From positions 1,302,001-1,366,000 of the forward strand of contig JBLDXI010000029.1 in assembly GCA_047495785.1 (NCBI GenBank): 64,000 nt of DNA. Reading direction: 5' to 3'. The DNA comes from Lepidodermella squamata (lineage: Eukaryota > Animalia > Gastrotricha). The position numbers and the translations under genes are program-made. Every line of letters begins with the position of its first letter. Position 1 is the stretch's first letter. This document shows positions 22,928-34,357 of this stretch, in pieces. Below the pieces are notes generated by a model that made no database searches, was not told the DNA's origin, and saw only the letters and a program-made list of their open reading frames with translations.

Positions 22928-23818
22928 ATGGGCAACGACTGCTGTGGCCGCATTTTTGGCAACGAATGGCCTGATCGAAGGGAGAGCACCGTTTCGGGAA
23001 CCTCCTTAATCAACAACCTCCCCAATGTACTTGGCGTCTGGGCTGCTGCGAAGAAAGAAGTTCCGATACCTCACGCTGATGTTTGCCTAGAAAGACTTAG
23101 GAATCACCTGAGCTACAGTGCCCCGAGTGTTAATCACAACCAACAACCCCCGTCTTCCCCATTCATGGCCTACCACAACACTGTGATAGCTCTAAGTACC
23201 ACTGCCAAGTCGAGGACAAGCATTTGCCACCAGGCCCTTCAAAGGCCCACCGATTCAACTGCAGGAGAGGTGGATTTGCAGCTGATTAGTCAAGCTACAG
23301 GCAGTTGTAATTCGCATTCATTCTCTGACCACGAAATTCGAGCCCTTGTTTCAAGTTACGAGCCAGTTCTAAAACACGACAGGCGGCAAATTGCTTGGCT
23401 TATGCATGATAGGTAAAAGACTTCGATTCTAGAACTTATCATTAGCTTTTCTATTTATAGAATTATGGAGCTTAAAGGCCTTTCTAGCATCATTCTACAC
23501 CAGGCTCATCTGTACGAAGGCTTCTCCTACTTCCGCCTGTGCCAAATGGTGATGGTGACCGTGGATGAGAGTTTGAAACGCCTAAACAATCTCAGCCTGT
23601 TACAAGACTACATCAGCTGGCTGAAAACTTATCACCTGCATGAACACGCTGTTTCAGCCAACATGATGTGCTACGTACTTCAAGCAGTTCAACCTGTTAT
23701 TATCCGTTTTGTTATCGCGAAGAGTCACGGTGAAAACGAGACAAACATTTTACAGACAGTCGCGAGTTGGCAAAAGTTTTTCGCATACCTAAGTGCCTTG
23801 CTTTTATCCACGATTTAA
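22928..23818 (+). CDS. Divergent globin-like protein A with MGNDCC N-terminal acylation motif (2 exons; upstream in-frame ATG at 22868 possible)
   Basis: A-helix-like FSDHEIRALVSSY; phase-2 intron 23413-23460 at the globin B12.2-equivalent codon; F-helix-like WLKTYH; H-helix-like ASWQKFFAYL. Confidence 0.7.
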
Positions 23819-24079
23819 GGTGAATTCGGCTATGAATAGCTTGAAGAACGTGCAACACCCACTAATAAAGTAACCACGACAGGAAGATCCGTGATTTCCC
23901 TCCTCTCAGCGTTGATTGTAATCGAAGTGCACTTACTTGGGTCACTCGTGAGCGTAAACACGCATCCTATCGTGAATTAATCCGGATGGAAATTTGACAC
24001 TCCAGACCATGCCGGCTGGACGCGTTATAAAAAGATGAGCGCTGATACATTTCGAGGCATTTCGAAATTTTTCATTAAC

Positions 24080-24725
24080 ATGGGAGCCACTTCTTCATCT
24101 TCACTGGGTAGGAAAAACAGTCTATTTCGAAAAAACAGCATCTTTGGCCGGCTGAGACGGGTCAAAAGCAACTCGAGACAATCAGAATGCGACCTCTTCC
24201 CAGATTACAGGCCTTCGGAGGGTAGTGATGCCTATTTTTCTCCTGGGGAAATAAGCTTACTACGTTGCAGTTTTGCTGAAATTTCCGAGGAAGAAATACA
24301 GTGCCTTACTGGAGCTATTTTCGAAGAGTAAGTCAATTGACGAATTGATAAATTTCGAATTTCTATCTTTTCAAATTTTCAGATTGATCATTTTCGAAAA
24401 AAATTTGAAGCTTGCTGGAGCTTGCATGGAAGCTGATCAATTATCAATTCTGTTAATGGAAACGATAAACCACCTTCTAGCAAGCATCGAAAGTCCCAGT
24501 AATCTGCAAATGCAGATTAGCGAAATGAAAACTCGGAATAAGCAGATGCATAATCTATCAGGCGAAATCACGGCGCTTTCCCTGAAGATTGTCTCCCCGA
24601 TTTTCGAGCAGGGTTTCCACATCGGCGAGAATTCTGACCTAGGTCTAGAAAGTGATGACAGCATAAGCCGGTGCTGGATGAAATTCCTGGGCTACATCAG
24701 CGAGTTGTTCTCATCCTCGATTTGA
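24080..24725 (+). CDS. Divergent globin-like protein B with MGATSS myristoylation motif (2 exons)
   Basis: FSPGEISLLRCSF; phase-2 intron 24328-24382 at the equivalent position; EMKTRNKQMH aligns to WLKTYHLHEH; CWMKFLGYISEL. Confidence 0.65.
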
Positions 24726-24904
24726 AACCTCAAAACTTCATTTCGCAGTCATAATGAGCTTTCAATTAATAAATTTGAAGATTAACAGCATGGCTTCGTT
24801 TTTTAAAGACTTTTTAGCAGGACATAAGCAGGACACGCCCCCTGAATAGCAGTAGTATAAATTTCCCACCTTTCATCAACAGCTCTTACAAACTTTCCTC
24901 GAAT

Positions 24905-25141
24905 ATGATTCAAATAAGATTTTTACTCTTGTTGATTTCCTTTCTCGCCGTAATCGCCTACTCGCGAACGGAACTGTTGTCACGCGCAGACGATTCTAGT
25001 CACGACTTTGCTATGCGAAAGCGATTTGGAGCGTTTGGACACTTCAACAAAGGCAGCAAGTTTGCTATCATTGCAGACATCATGAACGATCAACATCAAT
25101 ACGATCACAATGAAGATGAAACGCACCATCTGGAAGATTGA
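24905..25141 (+). CDS. Secreted peptide precursor 26 (GAFG family)
   Basis: Signal peptide; RKR-FGAFGHFNKG; His/Asp-rich tail; TATAAA at 24856. Confidence 0.9.
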   Translation: MIQIRFLLLLISFLAVIAYSRTELLSRADDSSHDFAMRKRFGAFGHFNKGSKFAIIADIMNDQHQYDHNEDETHHLED

Positions 25142-25373
25142 CTTTAGTACCGAGAAAACATTCCTGAAATAGAGTGCATTAGCCATTATTGCAACTTTGA
25201 ATCATGGAATTTCGCCAATTTTTAATCAAGGGGATTGATGACTAATAAATGGGAGAAAGCACCTACGATGGTACCACGCTTTGTGCTTAAAAGGAGTCGC
25301 AGTTCTCTTGAAGGGCACAATTTTCGAATCAAACCTCTTTTTCAGCCAGTTCCTTAGACAGGATAAGCGCATA

Positions 25374-25631
25374 ATGTCGATAACTCGATTTTCCGTTATT
25401 TTCGCAATTTGTCTGGCTCTTTTGATTGCCGTCATTAACGCAGAGCTGTTATCCCGTATTGACGAGTCAAACGACAATGGGAATCGTGTTTACGAAGATT
25501 TCTACGCCATGAAAAAGCGAGCTGGGGCGTTCGGGCATTTCGGCCATGGTAGCAGGTTCGTGTTCAATGTTGGCGGTGACAATCATGGCGATCACCATAT
25601 GGAGTCAGAAACCCACCATGTTTTCGAATAG
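25374..25631 (+). CDS. Secreted peptide precursor 27 (GAFG family, paralog of 26)
   Basis: Signal peptide; ELLSR; KKR-AGAFGHFGHG; tail ETHH shared with 26. Confidence 0.9.
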   Translation: MSITRFSVIFAICLALLIAVINAELLSRIDESNDNGNRVYEDFYAMKKRAGAFGHFGHGSRFVFNVGGDNHGDHHMESETHHVFE

Positions 25632-26248
25632 GTGTAATGAACCGACTATCATCTGCACGCTTTGTGAATTTTCATAAGTATTATTGTCATTTTTTTAATT
25701 GTCGCCAGATACTTGCGCAAGTTATCGCACTTCAATTTCAGTAAACGAGTAACAGTTCTCTTATTTATGTTTTGACCACAAGCAGGTGGAGGTATTTATT
25801 ATGAAGTTGGGAATAAAATGGTAGAATCAATTGAACTTAAAACACTTCAAGGCAGAATCATTAATCCAATTCTATTAACCAACTCAGCCTGGCAAAGTTT
25901 GAGCAAATCAATTACGGCCCTCGCAAAAAACCTCAGACAAAGTCATTCTGAATAGCGTGGAGGTAATAAATTATTTGTGAAGAGGTCCTGATATAGGGCT
26001 ATTTTATAAGGTGGCTGTGTCGAGGGCATAATGAAACTATGAACTCGATTCCTGACAGCGCATGATCGAATAGCTAGCCCCGAGCCATACTACGCGCTTC
26101 CTGAAATTCGATAAGCGATTCGTTCTACTTATCCTCTCTTAGGAGGAAGACAATTCTACAGTATATATAATATAAGGAATAACAAAAGTAAGTTGTTCAT
26201 TTTGTTGAAATTTCTTCAAGCTGGTTATTTTGCTTTTCGTTCAGAAAT

Positions 26249-26515
26249 ATGGAGTTTTCACACTCGAAACTTTTCGTAACAATGTTGATCCTAGCAGCAC
26301 TGGTCGCTGCCTCTCACTCTGCGGCTATCATTGACGACGAAGCATTTCTCGCTAGCAAACGTTTTGCTTTCGGCCATTTCGGAAAGGCTGGCGTTTCGCC
26401 ACTGGTCAACACCGAGGGCGGTGGATTCATGCAGACGATGCAGCGCGGCCTTGATAATTCAGCGGAATTCAACGAGATCGAAGATGAAGACGAAAATAGG
26501 CATTTAGTCAACTGA
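26249..26515 (+). CDS. Secreted peptide precursor 28 (GAFG family)
   Basis: Signal peptide; KR-FAFGHFGKAG; acidic tail. Confidence 0.9.
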   Translation: MEFSHSKLFVTMLILAALVAASHSAAIIDDEAFLASKRFAFGHFGKAGVSPLVNTEGGGFMQTMQRGLDNSAEFNEIEDEDENRHLVN

Positions 26516-27629
26516 TATCTTGATTTGAAGCAAATGCGAAGATGTTCTCAAAATAAAATACTTACCGTTGTAATACATGTTTTGGTTGACGCAAATTTAC
26601 GGTATAATTCACTCGAGTGGGATCGGAGCAAATGAATTAATCAAATGGCTGAATTAATAGCTGGTAGCTATTACTGATATTGCATTAATTATTTGTGGCA
26701 TATGCTGAAACATGTGCGACCAAATTTCCAGCTATGAAGTTGCGATACCTCTGCTTCTCGAGGGCTCCGTTCATTATTAAACCAGTGGGCGATGCGAATT
26801 GCAAAACCTGTCAACAACAATACTTGGTGTCATCCACATGTTCATTGATCAGCAATATCCGAAATGTTGTTTTTTTGCAATGCGGAAATTACGGATACAG
26901 ATGTTTTTTGCTCTTTGCTCTGAAACTCCAAAAACCGACATTTTTCGATTAAAGCATACAGTGACAACTTCGATTAGATACTCGATATAATGAGACACAG
27001 AACTTAGCAGGGAATTCTTGTCGGCGGATGACAGATTTTCCCTCGTGAGTCCTAAAAATGGGACAACTCGATTAGATGCATAGGAAACTGTCTGCCAATC
27101 TCCTAGATTTCTTGGTAACTCGGAACTCACCAAGGGCTGCCATGATGCAGCATCGTAAGGTGGATTTGTCTGAGATTAATGCCCTTAAATGCGACTGTGT
27201 GTTTACAGGAGCGGAAGGAGGGTGCGATGCAGAATTTTATCGGCGCCTTAGTGCAATTGCCACTTGAGGTCGCTTTGTAGGGCCTAACATTTCCGCTACG
27301 CACATGAACATCACAAACATTGCCAGATTCCTGGCTGTTGTAGCCGCCCATACGCGAAAAATTCGCTGCAGCGGATGCGCGACGCAAAAAAGAATTAGCG
27401 TGGTTTTAAGTGATTACTTAAGGCCGAAGACACAACGCAGAGTAGCATTTTAATTGTTATAACACCACGCGCTATTCAATTTCGCTTCCGTTTTGATTCA
27501 TCGCGAAGGCGCTCGACACGACACGATCACCCTACGCCTTTTTTTGCGAAAATTTGTTATTATTGCCATTGTATTTCTACTCTTAACTATAAAGTATAGA
27601 ATTTTACATCTGCCTTCACTTTACACATT

Positions 27630-28037
27630 ATGGCTGTAACTAAGTCGACCTGGTTATTGAGCTTAGCAGTTCTGGCAGTCGTTTTGGTTGCGTATGCAAC
27701 TGCTGAGGAGGATGCACCCGATTGGCCCTTGTTCGCTTTCAAGAGGAGCATCGCCGCTTTCAGCCGTCATGCAACGAAAAACAGCCGTGTGAGACCAGAA
27801 TCGGCCAGACGCCCATCAGGCCGCAATAACGGAATTTACAATAGATTAAAGACCAGCCCGTTCGAAGACGAGGATGACGATGAAGAAGAAGAATTTGATG
27901 GGCCAATGAAACGAGAGGCTTTCTTCGACCTGTACTCCGGTGGCTTAGTCGACGACGCAGCAGCTCAGTTTGAGGCGACTAGACAACAAGGCCAGGCTCG
28001 CAAGTTCGGCATCGGCAACGCTCGTGTTCTCGGCTGA
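27630..28037 (+). CDS. Secreted peptide precursor 29
   Basis: Signal peptide; KR-SIAAFS, KR-EAFFDLY and RK-FGIGNARVLG (terminal Gly, possible amide); TATAAA at 27588. Confidence 0.85.
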   Translation: MAVTKSTWLLSLAVLAVVLVAYATAEEDAPDWPLFAFKRSIAAFSRHATKNSRVRPESARRPSGRNNGIYNRLKTSPFEDEDDDEEEEFDGPMKREAFFDLYSGGLVDDAAAQFEATRQQGQARKFGIGNARVLG

Positions 28038-28599
28038 GGCGATCCTGACAGTGAATTGCGTGTTTTAATCTCAGTTTATGATTTCGCATTTAGCATAGTA
28101 TTTTCTTCAACGTCAACTTCTGCGAGGAATAGCGTGTTCTTTGACAGATATCACGGCAGCTTATTAAAATCAGTTAAAATAAAAATGTGGATGATCAATA
28201 TTGCGATTTGTTTCTCCAGGTGATCACTTTGAATGATTAATTTGGCCGAAATGCACTTTTAGACGGATGAAATCACTAAAATTTAAATATAGACGGTCGG
28301 TGGAAGGTGAGAGGCGTTATCAAAATACCATGAATTTTTAATTACCCAGTCATTTTAATTCACACAAACAAGCTGCCGAAGTCTTGAAGCGCGATGTGTC
28401 AGCACTCCAAAATATATCTATCATCCGTGCGAATCCTGTCATCGATGAAGCACGCGTTTTAATAGGGGTCAAATTGATCATCGATGCGGAAGGAAATTCG
28501 AATTTCTAGACCCCGTAAAATGTATATCGTAGGATTATTCACACATTAATTGATTTACGCTTTTAACGGTAGATATTTTTGTCGAGAAATATTATCAAC

Positions 28600-28833
28600 A
28601 TGCCAACCTGGAGAATGGCTTTCGTCGCTGTCGCTCTGCTCGCCTTTGTCTTTACATTGCCAACTGAAGCTTCACCTCTGGCGTTTTTGGACAACGTTGA
28701 GAATGCTGAGGATGCTGTTCCGATATTCGAAACCAAGCGAGTTGGTGCTTTCGGAACTTTTGGGATCAATCATCATCGGAACATGGAGAATGAGACTCCA
28801 AACCTGGAAGACGATGATGTAGAATTCTACTGA
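28600..28833 (+). CDS. Secreted peptide precursor 30 (GAFG family)
   Basis: Signal peptide; KR-VGAFGTFG; acidic tail. Confidence 0.9.
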   Translation: MPTWRMAFVAVALLAFVFTLPTEASPLAFLDNVENAEDAVPIFETKRVGAFGTFGINHHRNMENETPNLEDDDVEFY

Positions 28834-28950
28834 GCAAACAAACGGGGCCTAGTCAACCATGTCGAATTTGTATATCTATAGTGTCTGCTCAAATTCCATG
28901 GACGACATGAAAAACTTCAAATAATATTCTTGTAATCTCATCGCACTATA

Positions 28951-29186
28951 GGAAAAGGTATAGCTTTTTAGCTCGACGCCTATCGAAATGCTCTTGCTAA
29001 TAATCTTTTATTCCCATGCCCTTATTCAGCTATTTTTAGCTATTCAGCCATTTTGTGTTAAATCCTTTGATATTAAATCAATATGAATCATCGTTAAATA
29101 GCTAAAACAACTAAATAATGGTACGGAAAATAGAATATCAGCATGAGCATTTTGACGAAATCTAGCTAAAAAGCAAGATTTTTTCC
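28951..29186. mobile_element. MITE/foldback-like imperfect inverted repeat
   Basis: Left arm ggaaaa..gctttttagct..aaatgctc..tagctatt (about 28951-29045) mirrored at about 29096-29186. Confidence 0.55.
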
Positions 29187-29762
29187 TTGCGGGTATTTAG
29201 CGCTAGGCCGAATGACATTTACATCGCTGACTAAAAAAGCCTCTAAAAAAGCGACATCGTATGATCAATAATTATTTTCTCGAGATATTTTATAAATATT
29301 TTGAAATAAATTTTTAATTTCTGTGAATGCGTCTTTTCCAGTCAATTTCCTATCAGCTGATTTACATCAGTAGTAACATTCCTGGGCATGCCACGAATGC
29401 CGTATAGATCATGTGATCTTTTAATCCGTTTATCGCAGCGAAAGCTGGTTATTGAAGAGGAAAATAGGCCTTGGGCTGGTGGATAAAAAATCAGATTCGT
29501 CCTTACAGCATAATTATACGGGGTATATTGCTCCCACAATCGTGTTGATGTAAGCCTAGCTCACTACTCATTAGGCCGATGTAGCCCATGCCTTGCCGCT
29601 CAGAACACAATATCACATTTCTGTGTGGTCTTCAGATGTCACTTCATTAGAGTAAAAATTACTCTGCGATAAGGATAGGACAAATTAGTCATTTTCAAAT
29701 ATTTACGTTGAATCACTCGCAATTTGATATTGAACCTTCTTTTTAGGCCTTGTATGAAGAAA

Positions 29763-30017
29763 ATGGCGAATGGTTACATTGGGTTTGCGGTAACTTTCCT
29801 ACTTGCATCTTGCATCCTGGCAGTGAGCTATAGCGAGCCGTTATTCAAACGGAGCGGCGCTTTCGGAAATTTCGATAAAGTTTACTTTGATCGCCAGGCG
29901 CCGTCACGACTCGCCGGAATCAACACTGGGCTGAGTAGGGGCGCGAGCAGCAACTTCCTGTGGCAAGATCAACCTTTCTCTAACGATATCACCGACTACG
30001 AGGAAGCGAGCGCTTAA
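29763..30017 (+). CDS. Secreted peptide precursor 31 (GAFG family)
   Basis: Signal peptide; FKR-SGAFGNFD. Confidence 0.9.
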   Translation: MANGYIGFAVTFLLASCILAVSYSEPLFKRSGAFGNFDKVYFDRQAPSRLAGINTGLSRGASSNFLWQDQPFSNDITDYEEASA

Positions 30018-30288
30018 TATTAAAATCACATGAAAACACATGTTTATTATCGTCATTGTAAGCTCTGTCAAGTGTCTCTTTCTTCAATGAAGCTAATGGC
30101 TTATGAAATAAACGGTAGTCTTCGTCAAATTTGCGTCATTCAGAAACCTTTCATTGACAATTTTTCCCAATAATCTGATAATTTATTTATATCCAATATC
30201 GAGATTTACGAGATTTACGACTTTGAATCTCGTTAAAATAGCTTGCGGCTTTCACACCCACTTTATTTGAGACTTTTTTCGAGTTCAC

Positions 30289-30558
30289 ATGGAGTTCAAA
30301 ACAATAGCCATCTCTGCAATGATATGTGTCGTCCTGGTTACGGCCGATCAATCGCCAGCAGCTAATTTAGCTGATTACGGTGACAAATTTTCATTTCTGC
30401 GAAACGAACTAGCAATGGCGGGGGTTAAGCGCCGCAAACGGCCCTTTGGAGCGTTCGGTAATTTCGGAATCGCTGGCATGGGAACAATTTCGTCTCTTGG
30501 CAATGAAGACATAGCGCAGAACTTCGACCACGATTCACACGGCAGCGAGCAGGAGTGA
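30289..30558 (+). CDS. Secreted peptide precursor 32 (GAFG family)
   Basis: Signal peptide; KRRKR-PFGAFGNFG; AATAAA at 30626. Confidence 0.9.
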   Translation: MEFKTIAISAMICVVLVTADQSPAANLADYGDKFSFLRNELAMAGVKRRKRPFGAFGNFGIAGMGTISSLGNEDIAQNFDHDSHGSEQE

Positions 30559-30679
30559 AAAGTTGAACATTTGGGAATTAACTCTAATTAACGTAATTTC
30601 CCCGTGAATTCACTACAAATTTCGTAATAAAATCATTCAATTGTTTTTCAATTACCCAGTATTTTTCCTCATTAATAAA

Positions 30680-30964
30680 ATGTCAAAAATAATCATTTTT
30701 GTTGGGTTAACCGCTTTTCTCCTTCAGCTTGCGATTTCGAATGCAACTCCGGCGAAGAGATATGCGTCTTTGAATAATCTCATCAGCAAACCCCGCTACG
30801 GCCCCGGCTTGTTTGAACAGCCCGAACATTCGCCGTACTACGAAACTCCAGAAGAAGGGAATGATCACGACCACGAGCCTGAAGTCGCACGACGCTCCGG
30901 CCGGCGCCCACCATCCATGGGCCGCCAGAGCATGAGCTTGAATGGGGAACATTCTGGAAAATAA
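30680..30964 (+). CDS. Secreted peptide precursor 33
   Basis: MSKIIIFVGLTAFLLQLAISNA signal; KR-YASL; RR sites; terminal GK. Confidence 0.85.
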   Translation: MSKIIIFVGLTAFLLQLAISNATPAKRYASLNNLISKPRYGPGLFEQPEHSPYYETPEEGNDHDHEPEVARRSGRRPPSMGRQSMSLNGEHSGK

Positions 30965-31242
30965 GGAATACTGGCCCTATTCGAGAAAGACATTCATATA
31001 TAAGAACTCGGTGGTAGTGTGTATAATTCGCATTCCATAATTGCGTTGTTTTATTTCGAATAAAAAAGCATTCGATTTTTATCAGGTGGTGTATTTGCCA
31101 ATTTAATTCCTGTTTACCCTGCACGCTCCGTGTGCCTCGTTCCCGATGAGTGGGTGCTTGTATTTCTAGCAAATATAGGACCAGGACCATTTTTCAAATT
31201 TCACTTGTTAGAAATTTTAGGTTTTTATAGCTACCGCAGACA

Positions 31243-31491
31243 ATGTCGAGAAATCTGTTGGCCTTCGGAATTTTCGCTATTTTGGTCATCATGCTGATCA
31301 ATGTTGATAACAGTGAAGCTTCAGCTGTTGTCCTATCAAAACAACGCCAGCGTATGAAGCAGGTAGCTAGCAAGCGTGACTTCAACGGCAGAAGCAATCG
31401 CCATTTCCTCGAACTGGCTAAGTTCCTCCGCCCGTCAAGTGGTGTCGATACACAGGAAGAGGAGGAGGAGGACGCACTCGAGGATAAATGA
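31243..31491 (+). CDS. Secreted peptide precursor 34
   Basis: Signal peptide; KR-DFNGR; poly-Glu tail. Confidence 0.85.
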   Translation: MSRNLLAFGIFAILVIMLINVDNSEASAVVLSKQRQRMKQVASKRDFNGRSNRHFLELAKFLRPSSGVDTQEEEEEDALEDK

Positions 31492-31669
31492 TATCAACCT
31501 ATTGATCCGACTCAATGAGATAACTATTGATTTACAATGATAATCCCGATGCTTTTGTTTTGTGACTCATAATAATACCCCGTGACCGTATCGGCTTATT
31601 TGTCAATAAAGCCCGCGATGAAAATTTAATTAAAGAATTATGCTCGTCTCCCACCGCGTAGCAATCGCA

Positions 31670-31870
31670 GTTATGAGATTGATTTCTGGCAAGATTTGTT
31701 GTTTTGCGAATTTCGCTTTATAGCCATAGCTGTGGATGGATGGCAGGCCACAAATCATCGCCCAGAAGTATGAGATTGATATCTGGCTGAATTAGTTTGT
31801 TTTTGCGAATTTTCTTTCAGCCATATGCCGTGGATGGCTGAGGGCCACAAATCATTATTCATTGCCCAGA
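31670..31870. repeat. Two-copy imperfect tandem repeat of about 100 bp
   Basis: tatgagattgat.tctggc...ttttgcgaattt...agccata..gtggatgg..ggccacaaatcat..gcccagaa occurs twice head to tail. Confidence 0.8.
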
Positions 31871-32124
31871 ATTTTCATGGGCCTTTTTTTAGCATAATTG
31901 CCGACAAAATGCCAATTTAACGACCTCTACGCAAAACAAATCTCACCGCCCTTGAGTAAATATATGCGCATATCGATTCTCCATTAGGTGTCATTCAACA
32001 TTGCGCAGGCGTGTGGTTTGTTAGTCATTTGTTCACTTTGTCTGATTGGTTTCCGCCAAGACGTTTACAGGCTCCCTCTCAATTATCTCAATTTTCTTCT
32101 CTTAGACTTTTGAATTTTGAAATA

Positions 32125-32367
32125 ATGTTCTCCGGGTCCAAGCAACTTATCGTCTGTCTTGCGATAATCATCGTAATGGCGAGCTGCGTTCTTCATTCGA
32201 GCAATGCAATGCCTGGCCAGATTGTGGAGGTCTTCAAGCGATCAGCGGCTTTCGGCAACTTCGGGCGAGCTGGGCTCAAGCACTTTCAAGCGCGAGAGTT
32301 CATGCCGAGCGACATTGATTCAAATGATGAGCAGCTAGATGAAGACACCCAAGTGGATTATGAATAA
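32125..32367 (+). CDS. Secreted peptide precursor 35 (GAFG family)
   Basis: Signal peptide; FKR-SAAFGNFGR; acidic tail. Confidence 0.9.
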   Translation: MFSGSKQLIVCLAIIIVMASCVLHSSNAMPGQIVEVFKRSAAFGNFGRAGLKHFQAREFMPSDIDSNDEQLDEDTQVDYE

Positions 32368-32611
32368 TTAAGCCCTTTTTCGAGGCATATTTTCATGTTT
32401 CGCTAAATAAAAGCTGGACTTGCACTTTTGATAACCCGTCGTACTTGATATTCATCGGAGATTTCTGGCTTGTCAAAAAAGACGAGTAAAACTGACTCAG
32501 ACACCTCCCTGAGGGGCAGAGTGCGTGTACCATCGCTGAGATAATTACACAGACACACCATTATCTCAACTTTAAAGGCAAGGATCTTTTTGCTTTTTCA
32601 GTATATGATAT

Positions 32612-32830
32612 ATGATGGCGTTCACTAGCTTTCGAACGCTTCTGCTTGCGATCTTTGCTGTTTTTATGTTGGTTGCTATGGATGCTGTTTCGGCTATCCC
32701 GCGCTGGAAGCCCAGCGAGATGGGAGATCTGTTCGTCAAGCGAATGGGCTCGTTCGGGCGATTTGGCTTTAAAGGCGGATTTGTGGACCCGGAAGATGCT
32801 TCACAAGGCCACGCCTCGCATGAAGACTAA
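32612..32830 (+). CDS. Secreted peptide precursor 36 (GAFG family)
   Basis: Signal peptide; KR-MGSFGRFG. Confidence 0.9.
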   Translation: MMAFTSFRTLLLAIFAVFMLVAMDAVSAIPRWKPSEMGDLFVKRMGSFGRFGFKGGFVDPEDASQGHASHED

Positions 32831-33387
32831 GCGTCTAGTTTCCCGAGGTTTCGTCATTTTTGCTGTTTCCATCGTAACTTACCCTCAAATTATCGGAAAA
32901 ACCTGATATGCGCACATGGCAGAGCGAAAGAGCTGGAAACTTTTTTCATTTGCCTTGAATTTTGTTTCGCTTGTGTAAATGATAAATAAAAGCAAGCATG
33001 GTTTGCTGTGGTTGGTAATTTCGATCGTCTTAACTACTACTGCGAACGGAGATAAGGCTTTCGAACTAGACTGCGTACTCCCTTGACCTCTGGAGTACTA
33101 ATATAACCAGTGTCGCGAACGATGGTCCATAAAAAGAAATCTGCCAGTATCTGAAGCGATTAAGCAATTTGATGACGTTTAACTGACGATTCGGAGTCTT
33201 TTTGCAAGTTCAACGTCAAAAACCGAGTTATATTTTCTCATTATAGCTATTAGATAATATTATCTCCTAGGAAGCAACGAACTACGGAAGCTACTGCAGG
33301 CCTATTTGAAACTCAAAATTACATTTTTTCGCATTTCTTTAGTGTCTGAAATAGTCAAGGAGTACCGCTACAAAACGCAAAACGTAC

Positions 33388-33567
33388 CTAATTCCGAACC
33401 CTTAAACAATCCTGTGATATTCCTCGAAAAGTGTGTTTTGAGTTGTAGCATTCGAGTTTGCTTCTATATTTTTTCGACTTCCTGATGTGCACTCTGCTCG
33501 CCAAAGCAGCTGTACAGCCGAGAATGAGGATAAAAGTCATCACAACACGACTCGTCACGCGCTGCAT
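33388..33567 (-). CDS. Possible small secreted basic peptide with 2 Cys
   Basis: MQRVTSRVVMTFILILGCTAALA signal-like start; 59 aa; opposite strand to its block; no family motif. Confidence 0.4.
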   Translation of the reverse strand: MQRVTSRVVMTFILILGCTAALASRVHIRKSKKYRSKLECYNSKHTFRGISQDCLRVRN

Positions 33568-33971
33568 CTTACCATCCCCTGGGAATTCCTGATCCAATTA
33601 TTTCACAATGTGGACCTCAGGATTGAGCAACCTTAACCTCATTTAACCGCTCTCTCCCGCATTAATCATTATATTTAATAATTAATGATGAATCAGAACT
33701 AATAAGTTACTTTTTTTGTCTTGAGGTCACTGTTAAGACAACGGAAATTTCACATCGGCGAAATTTCCAGAAACTAGGGCGCGTGTGGGTTTGACACATT
33801 CCTCATTAATGATTTTCTCTTCTTTCTTCTTCGCTTTCCCGCTCGCAGAAAAGCTATTTATATTTCATGGACTCGCTGTGGATTAGTTTCAATATCACAA
33901 AAGCATAAAGCTAATTTCCGCTGACAAGCGAGTTCGAATTTTTCCGTTCGCATAACGTACGGTATTGAAAC

Positions 33972-34211
33972 ATGAACAAATCTTTCGCAGTTTTAATCGC
34001 GTTCGCAATCGTGTTGCTTGCCAACGAAGTCGTCAGCGCCTATGACGATGACATCGACACGGCTTCGCTGAACCGCTTCCTGGCCGGTGAAAAGCGATTT
34101 CTCAAGTCGGGGTTCGCGTCGGAAGACGGCAAGCGAGTATCGAAAGCGAAACCAGCTCAGTGGAAACGAGATGGTCACCGAATGGCTATGAAAATGAAAT
34201 CAAAAGCATAG
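33972..34211 (+). CDS. Secreted peptide precursor 37
   Basis: Signal peptide; KR-FLKSGFASED-GKR (amide) and further KR sites. Confidence 0.85.
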   Translation: MNKSFAVLIAFAIVLLANEVVSAYDDDIDTASLNRFLAGEKRFLKSGFASEDGKRVSKAKPAQWKRDGHRMAMKMKSKA

Positions 34212-34357
34212 GCTGCTTTTTTGTGAAAAACTAGCTTTACGCATCACCGCTTCCTAAACCCTTAACTAACCTTTGCTTTCAAATCAACCCAAATGAATTT
34301 TCTGTTTAGTAAATCAGTGAAACTGTTCAATATTTCGCAGCCGTTTTATTTAGGAAA

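Noticed and set aside
3350-33600. Recurring TCCCnnG[GA]GA (COE-like) and GGATTA motifs between peptide genes
   Set aside because: Short, degenerate and also present outside the cluster; enrichment cannot be shown without a statistical test.
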